From Lama glama (taxonomy: Eukaryota), in the NCBI GenBank assembly GCA_028534125.1, contig CM052817.1:95668001-95732000 (forward strand): a stretch of 64,000 nucleotides of DNA, in the 5' to 3' direction. Under the pieces are notes generated by a model, which had not been told where the DNA came from, made no database searches, and saw only the letters and a program-made list of their open reading frames with translations. The translations under genes were made by a program, and so were the position numbers. This document shows positions 26,501-39,680 of this stretch, in pieces; the stretch's first letter is position 1, and each line of letters starts with the position of its first letter.

Positions 26501-29500
26501 CCACCAAACAACAACAAAAGTTCATTGAGCTAAAAAAAAAAAAAAGTCATGGAGGGTTTTAAGTAAATTGCTGTAACTCAAGGTAGGCATTTTTTTAAAC
26601 AAGTGTAATTGTTTTGAGGGCTGTGAAATCAAACTTTGCCTTGTCAGATCATAGGTGGCAATTTGCAGAAAACCGAGACAATCTGCAAGTGGATAGTTTC
26701 TGCAACCAGACCTTCCCATACACACTGAAGGAGTGTGATGCCACGTGGTCCTCAGTGTGCATCATCCGTGCACCCTCACTGTCCCCACTCTGGGACTGCC
26801 CATCTACTAGTGCGTCTCTGCGTAGGATGAGCCGTGGTTCTTCCTAACAATATACATGGATTCAGTATCTTTTCATGGAATTTCTTGGGAAACAAAATAA
26901 TTATGTTGGCAATGGATGTCACTGGGTCTGCCTGCTGTTACTGACATTGATATAATAAATGCATATTTTAGCAACTCAATAAAACGAAGAGAGAAGTCTG
27001 GTATTTAGAAGCAGTCTAAGTTTAAATCACCAGGGAAGTAAAACTGAGATCACCAACAGATAGTTCTGAATCCTGTGAATGTTCTGAGGAACCCCTGTAC
27101 GTGCTCATTTCCAGGTTATGGCTCTAATACGATGGACCTAATGAGCGTCCGAAGAGGTGACCTCACTTGCTGGGCTTTCTATGCTTTTGCAATAATATTA
27201 ATAACATCCCATAATAGGAATGAAAACAGCAGCCAGAAAACCCTATCTATTGACCGAGGAAATACTCTTAGCTCTCAGCTGTATGAGACCAGCTTGCTTC
27301 AAAACATATTTACATTTTATTCAGGAGAATAAGATGCTTTGGAGACACTCCGTCGGAAGCTCTCTTTGTTATTTCTTTTAACCAGGAGCCTGGCATCGGG
27401 GGCTCTTGTTGGCCTTCTACAAGAAACTTTGTCTTTAAAATAAAAACCACTTATTTTATTCTGAGCTGCAACAGAACAGTAGCTTCAAAGAGAACTGAGT
27501 CAATGTGTGACATTTATCTTTAGAGCGAACGGACAGCATCCTCTCTCTACTGTGTCCCCTTTCAGAGGAGCAGTGTCGTATGTGCTGGGGCGCAGGGTCA
27601 CATGAAAGAAACCTCCCCCCCCCCCCAGTGTCACCTCTCCCTTGCAGGCTCTCCAGTGGCGGACTCTTTAAGGAATTAAATACGCCATGACCCAGCACCA
27701 ACCGAATTCTGTTCAAAAAAGACGAATAAGGCCAAATCTAAAAGACACTTTTTTTTTTTTAATGGTTTGCACTTCCCTTGACCTAAAGAAGGTCAAAGAA
27801 ACGCTGGTGTCTAAATGACTCAATACGGGACTGGCTTTTCTAGCACATCTTGCTTTGTAACTCTAAAATCAACTTTAAATGTCCTTTTTGCCACATCTTG
27901 AGAAAGAGCTTTAAAATGTAAGCCCTGCTTGAAATCGGGATGGTATGTACTTTATTTTGGTGGATTTCTTTTTTTGGGGGGCGGGGGGCTATTACTTGTT
28001 TATTTAAGTCATAAGGCAACAGAAACCCTTTCCTCTGCTGTGAGAAGCCAGTCTACCTACCTATTTTTGAATTAAACTAAGATTTCTCTCTAAGGAAAGG
28101 AGAAAAAAAGATAGAGAAACGTTTAGAAACGTGGGTGAGAGCTCACACTGCATTCCCATAATGCTTTTTAGGTAAAGCCAGATCCAGCCCCCAGGTTGCC
28201 CTGAAACCAGCAGTCCATAGGAGGGGAAGGGAGGCGGCAGACAGAGAAGACCCACCTTCTCTTCCACTCCTCAGATTTAAAAACCAGTGGTCCAAGTAAC
28301 ACCAATCAAATCATCTCTCCATGACACAAAGATGACAGCAAAATCAGATACTCTATCAACTTCTAAACCCATAAACTAGTTGGGATGCTGGGAAGCGATG
28401 ACGTTCACTGTCAGTGAAACGTGCGCAGAGGCAGCACCCCCCTCTCCTAGTTCCAATCCACGCAATAAGAAACAGAACTTGAATTTAGGAGGCGCCCACA
28501 GAGGCACACGGAACATTCTTCAAAGGGTCACCTCAAGAGCCCTCGTGCTTTTCTTGGCAGCGATCTTGCCTCTAGCATGAGTTTTACAAAATGAATGATT
28601 TTTTAATGCAATTGCTCCATCAATGGAGCTGCTTCGCCATGTCTTGGATTGTAAAGAAAAATACGTGGAAAACAGGAGGCGTAGGTCCCTGTCAGTCAGC
28701 AAGGTGGGGTGGGCAGAGCCCCATCTGAGAAGTTCATTCCCTCTAGTGAGACACTGACACGGACTAAGCACATTCAAACCAAAAAGGGGGCACATCTTGT
28801 CCCTGGGGTGTAGACCCTACAACAAAATAGACAAATAGTCTACCCCACCCTGGAAGCTCTTGAGTGCTCTCCTCTCCTCACATGCAGCTGGTCATTTAAG
28901 TGAAAAGATTACACTTCGTAACTATTGCTGGTTATGCCCAAGACACTTGAAAAAGACAAAGCCACTACAGTCTGCCTCCCGGAGACAGTTTGATCAGTTC
29001 CCTCTTTCCAAGTGTTCAGTCCACTAAAGTCCATTATTAATTTTGTATAAGCTTTTCCAAGTAAATAACTCTCCAGGTGAATTTACAGTATAAACACCAT
29101 TAATATACAGTTACTTAATAAGCAGATGGAGAATATTTATAAAGTTACATTTTATGTATATAGCCCTCTCTTTCTTTCTGCTGGTACCCTTAAATGAAAT
29201 CTCCTCAAACCAGGAGTGATTTATTCCCTTGCAGTATTAGTCCGCTCCCTCCACTTGTCTCCTTGTTTCCTAATTTTAGCCATTTCTCTCTTTATTTCAC
29301 CAGAAGGCAGGTGAGAAGTGAAACTCAGAATTGATAAACATTTCAGGGTTTTATTGACACTTCAGAAACCCTGGAGTGAGTGTTTTGGATCACTTAAGGA
29401 ATCGTAAAAGTTCCAGATATCCATTTTCCTAGTTCTGTTCTGCTGTTTACACAAGTTATGAAGTAATTATAATGAGTGCACAGAGCTCACTCAGCAATTT

Positions 29501-30606
29501 AGATGGAAATCTGTCATGAATGCCTCAGACTGATGTTAGCTGTGATCATTCAGTCAGTTACTTGCCATTCTAAGCCCTCATCATCAATACGGCTGCAATC
29601 AAAAGCTGGTTAGACACACCCAATGGCAGTGTTTATACTGATGAGGACACACATGGCCCACTTCCTGTCCCGGTCTGGCAGGATATCCTCAAAAGATATC
29701 TGAAATTCCATACATCCATCTCTGGGACACTGCCTTTATCACCCGCACAGTTTAAAACAAACCAGTACAAGAAACGATGTTTCCACTGTGAGAACTCAAG
29801 TGACTAAGTTTCTCCCTCAGATGGATAACTGTGAATGTCAAGGCTCTATACGACAGCCACTTCTCCTTCGGAAAGACCGTCTCCACAAGAAAAACCCATG
29901 ATTCACATTTTCCACATGTGCATTCCTTGAGAAACTAGTTGGATTGGAATAAAATAGAGCATTTGCAGGAAATGCTTTGATTATGTCTGAATGACAATAT
30001 TCTTGGAGGACGAGGAATTATAGAAGAACGGGCTAAGTAAAGAAGGCTTAAACTCCATCCCCCCCCAAAAAGAAGTAAAAATGCTAACATAAAAGTATAC
30101 AGTGTGCTAAATTAGGACAGAGTAGTGACTGATGACATGAAGTCCATTTGTGAGGGACACAGTAGAACGGTAAGCTCTCTGCTGTCAACTGTTTCAAAAG
30201 CAGTGAGCTCTTTCCCCTCTCTGCTCAGTGACGCCATGTACTCCATGACAAAGATGCTTTGATCTTCCCCCATTAAACAGATCTTGTATGGACCTAGCCT
30301 GAACCTGGTAAGGATAAAAAACCTCATTTATCTGAAAGGGAGGAGTACTGCATGTCTCTAAGATTATTCATCACCTTTCAAAAATAAAGCTATCGGTGAA
30401 GTCTTTGTGTCATACCTACATGAAGGACCCCTAGGCTGCTTACTGGAAGTATTCTGTTGTGTGCCCGCTTTTTTATTCCTGCCTCAGATCAGATGGGCAA
30501 CCCAAGCGAAGCAGGCAATGAAAAAGACATCGCCACTGACAGGCAAAAAGACATCGCAACGGACAGGCCAAGACTCGCGTGATGATGGAAATGAAAGAAT
30601 CCATAC

Positions 30607-31659
30607 CTGAGTTGGAGGGTTTAGAAACTCTTCCCTTGGGAACCGGGAGTAACAATAATTCCAAGGACTGTGGCGGTGGCGGCGGAGGGGGTGGAGGTGG
30701 TGGCGGAGGTGGCGGGGTTACTTTTTCTTGCTTCTTCTCTGAAGGCGGTGGCGGTAGAGGGTCCTCAGGCACCAGTGATGATTTCTCAGCCAGAAGGGTC
30801 CCGGCAGCCCTTGCTGCGACCTCTTTCAGTAGGGCCGCCGAGGAGGTCATAGAAGCCAAGGAAAGGAAAGAGCTGGCCGGGGGCGGGTGTTCCTGGCCAG
30901 GAGTCAAGCTTCTCTCACTGACTTTCTTGGATAAAGCTGCCAGGGTAGAACTGGCAGACTGGGAGCTGAAAGGGGAGGAAAAGGACTCAAAGCGCATGGT
31001 CTCCTCCGTCCTGCTGAGAGATTTGTCCTGCAGAACTGCGTTGGCTGCAGCTTTCAGTTTTAGGATGGCTGAATCCGGGGACAAGCCGCAGGTGGTGGTT
31101 GAGTTTGGCAACCACTTACCTTGGTTCCATATAAAACGGTTACTTGGAGTGTATTGGTCATTCTGTTCCTGCTTCTCGGCCAGCTTCCTGGCCAGCACGC
31201 TGAGCTGTTGGGCATGGTGGGACGGTGGGGAGAAGGAGAGATTGGAGCCAGCATTCACCGGGGACTCCACCCTGCCGTTGGCCGTGGCTGGGGCATCGAG
31301 TTTGAGGGACCCAGCCTCCAGCAGCCGCCTTAAGTTGCTGCTCAATGGCTTCGCAGAGCCTGGAGGGTCCTCGTCACACAGAGAAGACACGCCCGGGGAG
31401 AGGTGATCTTGACACTGCAGTGGGTCTCGGAGGACCTCCCCGTCGAGCGCCACCAGCTCCAGCGTGTGGCTGCTGGGAGTGGCGCTTCCCAAGGAGGTGT
31501 CGGGGGAAGTGGACTGCTCCTGGATCCGGTCCTCCAGAGACAGCTTATAGTTCTCCTGGACTTCTCCATAGGATGCTTCCGACGGCGTCTCCGAAGAGTT
31601 CCCATACCAGTGCTCTCCTTCACTGAGCTCTCCCTCCGCCTCTTCCTGCCTACTAACAT
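30607..31659 (-). CDS. ZNF827: ZNF827 coding exon 2 (1053 nt; Ser/Pro-rich region with a 15-Pro tract)
   Basis: Lies in ORF 30473..31741. Acceptor ttcccccag|ATGTTAGT, donor TCAG|gtatgg, phase 1-1. Translation VSRQEEAEGELSEGEHWYG...KGRVSKPSNS is recognisable ZNF827. Confidence 0.96.
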
Positions 31660-32774
31660 CTGGGGGAATTAAGAAGATCACGTTTACTTCCAAAGCGAGC
31701 AACAAGCAAGCCTGAAGACACGCAAATGGAGCTGTGCCCACGCTTCCTCACCCCTTCCACCCGAGAACCACCTGAAAGACAGCCGCGACCATAGAGCACG
31801 GCAGGTGCCGAATCAGATCGTCCCGGCATAAGCCTGAAAGAATGCTGAGAGAGCCAAGGTAGGAACACACCCACCTCGTCCATACGTTCATCATTCTCAT
31901 AATCAGTTCCAGATAAGTTGAAAAGGAGGAAAGAGAAAAATGGATCTGGGAAAGAACTGGATGCAGAAACCACTAGCTTCAATGATGGGGGAAAGTGGAA
32001 AGAAGCTTGTACCCTGGTTTAAAAAAAAAAAACAAAACCAGCATGATATCTCAATATCTTCAGTTTTGTGTCGGAATTAAATAGGCAGCCTGGCTGAGGG
32101 GGAAACGCGGTTATGAGACCCAAGACAGTGAGAAGCCACTTCCTCACTTTCTAACTCCATGACCTCAAGCGACTCGCTTAGCTGGCTTGATTAAAAACAC
32201 AATTAACGTTTTTAAATTCATTAAAACATGTAAATAATACCTGCCTATTAGCTCTTAAAACAACTTCACAGAGTTGTTCTGCAGCTTCAATCATAAGAAA
32301 CATGTGACTATGTTTTGAAAACAGTCAAGTACTATATAAAAATGAGATCTCACTAGCAAACACCATCCACATTCCTGATTTCTCAACGTGACTCTCTCCC
32401 ACCCTGTGACGCTGCCTGTTTGAGAGTCCTGGATTCAAGTCCCCAACACGCCTGCCATCCCAACACAGGTAGTGATTAGTAATTTGTTCCCTCACTCCAC
32501 TGAGTCTCCTTTCTTTATTTTCCATCCATCAGGTTATCTCTCCACCACTTCTGCCCTCACTGTCCCCCAGGCACCAGTCAGTTAGAACACTGCCAGCCCA
32601 GAAGCACAAGTGGGCTTTGTCACTTTTCTCCCGTTGCTCAAAATATTCCTTCTATCTGGAATATCTTTCCCCAGAAAACTGGACTGTCCAACTCTGCCCA
32701 TCCTTCAACCCTCGGCTCAAAGGATTCTTCCTCACGACTCTCCCTAGAACTCTAAGTCAGAATTCACCTCTCCT

Positions 32775-33530
32775 CATTCACTCACTCACCCATTCAACAA
32801 ACAATGAGGGATGACCTGCTGCCGGTCAGGCATGGTTCTAGATTGTTCTAGACTGAGCAACGTTGGCCAAAACCAAAATCCTGCCTTCTTAGAGCTTACG
32901 TTCCAGTGGAGGAAGACAGATGTTAAACAAAATGAATAAACTAGTAAATCATCTAGTAAGCCAGAGGGTGATAAGTGTTACAGAAAAAGATCCAGAGCAG
33001 GACAAGCAGAATTGCGGGTAATGCGTTAGGAAGTGAGCTTTCATTTTAAATCAGGTGGTTCAGAGTGAGGCTTCACTGACGTGGTGACATGTGAGCAAAT
33101 ATCTGAAAGATTTGAACAGTTTTTCATGCAGCAGTCCCTGGGAGAGTGGCCCAGGTAAGGGGAGTGGCTGTAGGCTCAGTGATGTGGGTGGGAACTTGCC
33201 TGGCATGTCCGTGGACCAGCAAGGACACCAGTGTTGAGAGAGTGGAGTGAAAGTCAGAGAAATACTGAGAAAGAGAGAGAGGTGTATATTGTAAAGGAGG
33301 GAGGCTGTGCATATCAGTAGGAGATTGCAAACTACTGAAAGGTATTTTGCATCTGGTGAAATTGAGAACCACTGGAGGGTCCGTGACATCATGTGACGTT
33401 TTCAAAGGATTGTTCAGGCTGCATGTGCAAAAGAGAACACAGGTACAAAGGTGGGAGCAGGGAGACCAGCTCAAGGCGATTGCAGGTGGCGAGAAGTAGC
33501 CCGATCCTGTGCATATTTTGAATGCAGAGC
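32775..33530 (-). mobile_element. L2 (L2a-like) 3' region
   Basis: cattcactcactcacccattcaacaaac...gagcttacgttccagtggaggaagacaga..., the reverse L2 tail and body. Confidence 0.8.
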
Positions 33531-33569
33531 TAACACTCCCAGTTTTTTAATACTGATTTTATATCACTG

Positions 33570-33715
33570 TCAATGATCTGTCTACTATCGGCCTATCTTC
33601 TGAAAAAATAAGTGGTGGGGTTCCTTGAAGGCAGGGATTGTGTCTTATTATCCACGCTGTGCCTAGCACAATGCCTGGTCCCTAGCAGAGTTCAGTAAAG
33701 GTTTAGGGATTGAGC
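33570..33715 (+). mobile_element. L2 3' tail
   Basis: gttccttgaaggcagggattgtgtctt...gtgcctagcacaatgcctgg...tcagtaaa. Confidence 0.7.
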
Positions 33716-34883
33716 CAAAATTCCCCATTGTGCCAAGCTTTGCTATATAACATGCTGTTTCTTTTCTGAATAGAAATAGCCAGTAATGCACAAACTACAA
33801 GCGAATGCATTGATCTTCTCCTGCTCTTTAGAGAAGAAATGTCACAAATGACAAACTCTCTTTCACCAAGTTAAAGTTCTACAACTCCTTCCTGAGATTC
33901 CTTATTATGTTATCAAGGAAATAGAAAATATCAAATGGAATTTGCTGGGAAAAAAAGCAGATGCAATTGAATTTTCTCTGTTAAAAACAGTCTGGGTCCT
34001 TGTGACTTGCCACATTCCCTTCTTCCCACTTGATTTCAACATTTTTCATCTTCCCTGAAATCCGCGGGACCCTGAACTATTCATCTCCCCAACGGCTTCT
34101 CGTAGAGATGTGTTTTACCACACATCAAGCAGTCAACATCAATTTCAACAATAGGGCTAATTTTATGTTTCTTTGGCAAATCACCTTTCTTGTTTTCAGA
34201 TTAAATATCTACCCTCAGAAAAATCACCTGGGAACTATCCTATAAATAGCAAGAGAAGTAAAAGATTGAAAAGTCACTACAGTAAGAATAGTTGAAGACC
34301 TCACTGAAAAATCTCTCCTTTGATCTTTATCACCACCCACTAAAAGAACTAACATGGGAAAATACATGATTCAAAAGTAAGTAATACTTGTAGATTATAT
34401 TTTTGTCAAACTAGAGTAGCTCAAGATAGTCAAGACTGGTCTAGAACCTTGCAGTACGGGGCAATGAACAAGATACATAAAATCACAAAGAATTACAACC
34501 ACATCCAGGCCCAGTCTTGTCATTTTACTGAGATGATTAAATACTCTTACCTGGTTGGATCAGAGACACACTGTTACCTATTGCTAACGCCGGAAACAAG
34601 AACCCAAATCTCTCAAAACCAGCCCAAGGCTCCTCTTCAAAGCCCCTGCACTGTCAGCCAGACGCCCTCTGAATGGCAGCGTCTAGAGGGTTCTGAGTAG
34701 CTGTCCTCTCACCCCCAGCCAGCCATCCTTCCACCCTCTGGAAACAAATCTGCAAGAGAATTCTCACTGATAAGGACGTATTCACTCTTTATTTTGAGCT
34801 AAACCATTCAAAGGTAAATATCCATTATTCCTATACTCTCCTCTCCAGCCCCTCTCTGTCGCTGTCATCAAAAGTTGATTCAA

Positions 34884-35072
34884 GGGGGCTGGGTATAGCT
34901 CAGTGGTAGAGTGTGTGCTTAGCATGCACAAGGTCCTGGGTTCAATCCCCAGTACCTCCCTTACAATAAATAAATAAATAAACCTAATTATCATCACCAC
35001 CACCACCCCCAAAAAACAGAAAAAAATTAAAATAAATAAAATTAAATTTAAAAAGCCCCATGTTTAAAAAAA
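34884..35072 (+). mobile_element. tRNA-derived SINE (camelid Vic-type) with perfect 14-bp TSD
   Basis: A box tagctcagtgg, B box ggttcaatcc, A-rich tail. TSD aaaagttgattcaa at 34870-34883 and 35073-35086. Confidence 0.92.
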
Positions 35073-35498
35073 AAAAGTTGATTCAAACCCCTAAAGAATT
35101 CAGCACATCTACTGGCAAAGCCCCAAAGGCAAAGTTTAATTTCCTGCCCCTTCCACGTCCTCAGCGCTGGGGCAGGCGAGTGGTCAAAAACTGAGTAAGT
35201 TGTCGATTCAGGCTCTAACTCTATCAAGTAGTGTTAAGGAGATCCAAACATTCAGGGGTGATACAAACAGCTGGTATCTACACTTAAAGCAACTTCCCCA
35301 ACCTCGCCAAAACACCAGCCCAGAACAAGCAAACAAGCAAAGCATTTCTTAAACAGACCTAGCTATGCCCTCTAAAATACCTGAATATTTCTCAACCATC
35401 CATTTCTCCATGCTTTGCAGACACAGTCACTGAGATACACTCTTTTCTGGACTGCAAGAAAACTGAAATACTTAAAGGATATTTTTAAACTCATGGCA

Positions 35499-35624
35499 GG
35501 GGAGGGGATAGCTCAGTGGTTAGAGTACACGCTTAACGTGCAGGAGGTCCTGGGTTCAATCTCCTGTATATCCTATAAAAAAAATTAAATATATAATTAC
35601 CTACCCCCCAAACAAACAAACAAG
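35499..35624 (+). mobile_element. tRNA-derived SINE (same family)
   Basis: ggggaggggatagctcagtgg...gtcctgggttcaatc, flanked by taaactcat on both sides. Confidence 0.88.
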
Positions 35625-37344
35625 TAAACTCATAATACTCTATCAATCACTTGTCGGAAGATCTGCGACTGAAATTGAGGTTATCCAAGTAATAAACCAC
35701 CGAATAATTGTAATGCATGACCTAGAAAGAACCCGAGGAGAAACATAACTGAAATTAATCTGTCATCACCTGAGGTCAAGCAAAAGGTCGGGGGTGGGGG
35801 GGGTGCTCTCAGACAAATGAATGCAAGAGAAGTGGAGACCTGTGGAGGTTCGAGAAAAATCCCTAAGAGGCTCAAACAAATACGTTTCCAGTTCATAAAA
35901 CAGTGACAACAAGGATTTTCTCCCACAAATATTAACTTTGTTTCCCTTCGGCTGGGCTGCTGTTTATTTTCACATTCAGTTTCATCCAGAAAGTGCCCCT
36001 TGGTCAGGTTTGGGGGTGCGCCCCTCCAGCGACGTCCGCAGGACCACCCTGCCCCCAGCACCTTTCCTACCGTATGATTAGAAAAGATTCTCTCCTCCGG
36101 ATGCTCAAATAGAAGTATTCCTGCAATCTTGCGGATTCATTTGCCGGACATCACAAACTTCGGAACAAGCGAGGCTTGACTTTTGACTCTCTTTCACAAT
36201 TTGAGAACACTGCACGCCCACCCGACCCTGACCGCGGGCAGCAAGACAGCTCTGTTTCCCCGTCTGACACCAGGACGGAACGGTGGCACGGAATCAAAGG
36301 ACATCGCACACACCGCCCTCCCGGAAATGCTCCCTGCGCATCCACGGTGGGTTTCGCAGCTTTCCTATCTAAGGCTCCGGGGAAGCCTCTGAACCCCCAA
36401 TGTAAATAATTCCCTTCTAGGTACATTTTTAACCTCCTATTTACATTGCTAATTTTACACCAACCTATGTCTCTGATAGCCAGGTTCACACTCATTCCTG
36501 TCAATTTTACACAACAGTCTGTTTTGATGTTTTTTTCCTTTAAGTCAGAAACTCAAAGAGTTAAGAAAAGAAATGGTATAATTACAGAACGAAAGTAGGC
36601 TTTATATATTTTGTTTCCACACGGCAAATATTTCTCTTTTGGGGAAAACAAAACAAAACCCCACGACCTAACGTATTTATTTTTATAATTCAGTTCTCAA
36701 GCAGAGAAACCGGATAACTTAAGATCCACAACTCTTGCTGTGTTTTTTTCAATGTACTTCCCTTTCAGTTTGACAGTTTTAATCAGATGCATTTAATTGG
36801 ATTTATATTCCACTCAGAAGGTTCTTGTTCAGAAAGATCAGGCGTGCAGAGAAAAAAATTTTTTAAGGAGTCACCTATTAATTTTCATGCCTTTTGGCTG
36901 AGGTTTAAGCAAGCAGAGATGGAAGCCTAAAAGCCTCACTTCTAAATCTACCCACAAACCATTCCTACAAGTCTGTCCACAGGAATCTAACAAGCCGGTT
37001 TGAAAAGAACCCAGGCTTAAACTCTCAGGACTTATCTGGAAGGAGCTGAGTCATGGTCAGTCCTCTGGCAGCCAACACCCTCTTCTTGTGACCACAGGTG
37101 TGCTCACCTGGTCCCTAACCTTCTCGTTCATTTTCACCTAAAAATCTTCCATGTTCTCCTTTTCTACTTGATACACGGCCAGAGCTAAGCAGACTGCGCA
37201 TCTCTGTCAGTATTATCAGTCATACCTGGAATACCCACCTTACATTATACAACAAACTTTTCCTCGCTATTTTATACAAAAGCGGTCTGTAAAGTTTAAG
37301 GAGGGGTAGACAAAAAGATATTAGTAAAACTAGTGCTAATAATT

Positions 37345-37610
37345 GGTTTAATTCAACATTTACTGAGCATTTACTCTATTCAGGGAACTGTTCTCTGCAA
37401 CAGGGAGCCAGCCTCAGAGACGCAACAGTCTTAAGATCAACAGTTTATCATCAACATAGGAGCGAGGGTTGCACAAGCCTAAGAAACAGAATGGTGCCAT
37501 CACGCCAGCAAGAGCTGTGTGTGCATAAGAGAGGGAATGATTCATTCTAGTTGCGCAGGTGGCTTTGGAAATGGACCTCAAAAGATGAAGACAATTTCAA
37601 CAGACGACAC
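37345..37610 (-). mobile_element. L2 3' fragment
   Basis: attcaacatttactgagcatttactct, the reverse L2 tail. Confidence 0.6.
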
Positions 37611-38049
37611 TGGGGCTTGCTCCTCTGGAAACCATCAGACAGGAAATAGCCCGGTCGTGGAGTAAGCTAATATTCTGCTGACTTATGTTAGATAAACAGA
37701 CCTCGTGAAAATGCTTTCAGATTCTTAATTCTTCACATTTAAAAAAACACACCATCTATTGATTTATTAAGGGCAGCTCTGACCAATTACCTTACCATGC
37801 TCAGTAGTTTTGAAATCAAACCATTTGATTATACAAACCCGAGGCAGGACCGTGAGTCAGTCACTTTTGTATTTCTGCTGGAAGCCCTGCCCGTAGTAGG
37901 GGTAGTAGGGCTCCTGTGGTGGTAAATGACAGCCACAGTAAGTCACATTCTTGGTCTCTGTATCAGCCGCAGAGAGGGACCCGATGTTCCTAGCTAGCAT
38001 CAGAGAAGGTGTGGGAGCACCATCAGGGCTCCCTCTCATTTGCCTCTAG

Positions 38050-38270
38050 TCTCTTCTCAGAGGTTAGCCTCGTCCTTTCAGGCCACCTTTCCCAGGAGGC
38101 GGGAAACCTAGCTGCATGGGTCCACGTTTAAACTCTCAGTGAGGGACCAGGTGAGCGGTCTTTCCCCCCTCTGATTGGCCGGCTGGAGGTCACGTTCCAC
38201 TCCCTGAACCTATCCCTGATGCCGGAGGGCGAGCTCTATGATTGGCTCAAAGTGGGTCACGGAAGAAAGG
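38050..38270. mobile_element. Old MLT1 (K/L-like) LTR fragment
   Basis: ctctgattggcc...ggtcacg...ccctgaacc...tgattggctc...gggtcacg, a duplicated motif typical of old MLT1. Confidence 0.55.
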
Positions 38271-39004
38271 AGAGGGAAGAGGCACCAGGAGGACAAAAGC
38301 AATGACCTCTATAATGTTTAATAAAGGTTTAATATGCTTCACATCAGGCTGTTCGGAACCAATTTTATGATTCTGAGCATAAAACATATCCTCATTTAGG
38401 CTAGTTTACCTGCCAATTTTTTAACTGTCCCTTTGTGGCCTGAAAGCCTCAGCACATTCCCCTACACCGGTTCAGAGAAAATGAAGAGACTTCCCAGGGG
38501 TTCAGGGCTCCAAGTCTAAAGTCTGAGTGACACGCGCAGGCTGGCAAATGGCTCCGCAGGACCAAGCCTCAGAGACCACTGTCACCAAACATCGATGCCC
38601 AGGGCACCCAACCACTGTCAGCGCAGCCAGGAAGAAAATCTAAGAACTGCTAGTTATTTTCAACAGCCAGGGTGGAGAAGACAACCAGATCCCTGTCACC
38701 AGTCCAGCTGGGGACCAGGTGCTGTGAGGGCATGGGGAAATGAGAGGAAGTCTGGAGAGGACAAGAGTCCGCAGACGAAGATAGCAGGATGGCCTCCTGG
38801 TCAAGATGAGCATTTTGCACATAGCAATGCTTGCAAATGGTTGTTCAGAGTGTCCATGAGTAACACAAATTAACACATCACCCCTCATCTTCAAACTGAG
38901 TTCCACACAGTATCTAAGCCAGTTCCAATAGCCTCAGATAAAGTTGCCCGATCTTCCAGTGACTGACGAAGGAACCACCTACCGGAGCTTCTCCATTACA
39001 CTGC

Positions 39005-39680
39005 CCATCTCAACATGAATGGCAACTCCTTCATGCCCACAACTGCTTAGACCAAAACCCGCAGCCCTCCACACTCCTCATCTAATTCATCTGTGGATTC
39101 TTTTGGTTCTGGCTTCAACATACATCCCAAATCTTACCACTTTTCACCATTTCTACCACCACCACCCTCGTATGCAGCACTGCATGCCTTGCCTGGACTA
39201 TGGCAATAGCCTTCCAACTGGTCGCCTTACTTCCAATTCTTGCCCCACTACTCAGCCAGTAGCCAGAATAAGCTTTTAAAAAAATTGTGTCCAATTCCAC
39301 TACTCCCATCCCCAAAGCCTCCACAATGGCTGCTCATGTTTCTTGGTATAAATCCAAAACCTTTACCTTGACCTCAAGAGCCTAAATAATCTGTAACCCT
39401 CTGATCTCATCTCCTATTGCTCTGCCTTGCTAATAAGGTAGGCTCCTGCCTCAGAGCCTTTGCACTTGCTGTTCCTTTTGCCTGAAATCTCCCCCACTCC
39501 CTAAATAGCCACATGGCTGACTCCCTTACCTCCTCAGGTCTCCTCCCAGACATTACTGTTTATTAGAAGAGAAGCTCCATGAGAGAGAGAGGACTCTGTT
39601 TCGCTTGCTGCTGTATCTTCGGCATTTAGAATGGTACCCAGCACCGAGCAGGTGCTCACGTATTTGTCACATGCATGAAC
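39005..39680 (+). mobile_element. L2 (L2a-like) 3' region
   Basis: gcctggactatggcaatagccttccaactgg...gcctcagagcctttgcacttgctgttcc...gcaggtgctca. Confidence 0.85.

Noticed and set aside
30579..31406. 275-aa + strand ORF antisense to exon 2
   Set aside because: It is a codon mirror of the real exon (poly-G opposite poly-P) with no independent gene signals.
31342..31659. 105-aa alternative-frame ORF beginning at the AG|ATG of exon 2
   Set aside because: It is out of frame inside a coding exon and downstream of the real start, with no supporting feature.
32775..33715. Oppositely oriented L2 tails as a possible miRNA hairpin source
   Set aside because: The tails are about 900 bp apart, point outward and are highly diverged, whereas known L2-derived miRNAs come from closely apposed tails.
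34884..34960. tRNA-like sequences (also at 35499, 48889, 49230)
   Set aside because: These are SINE heads with A-rich tails and TSDs, not tRNA genes.
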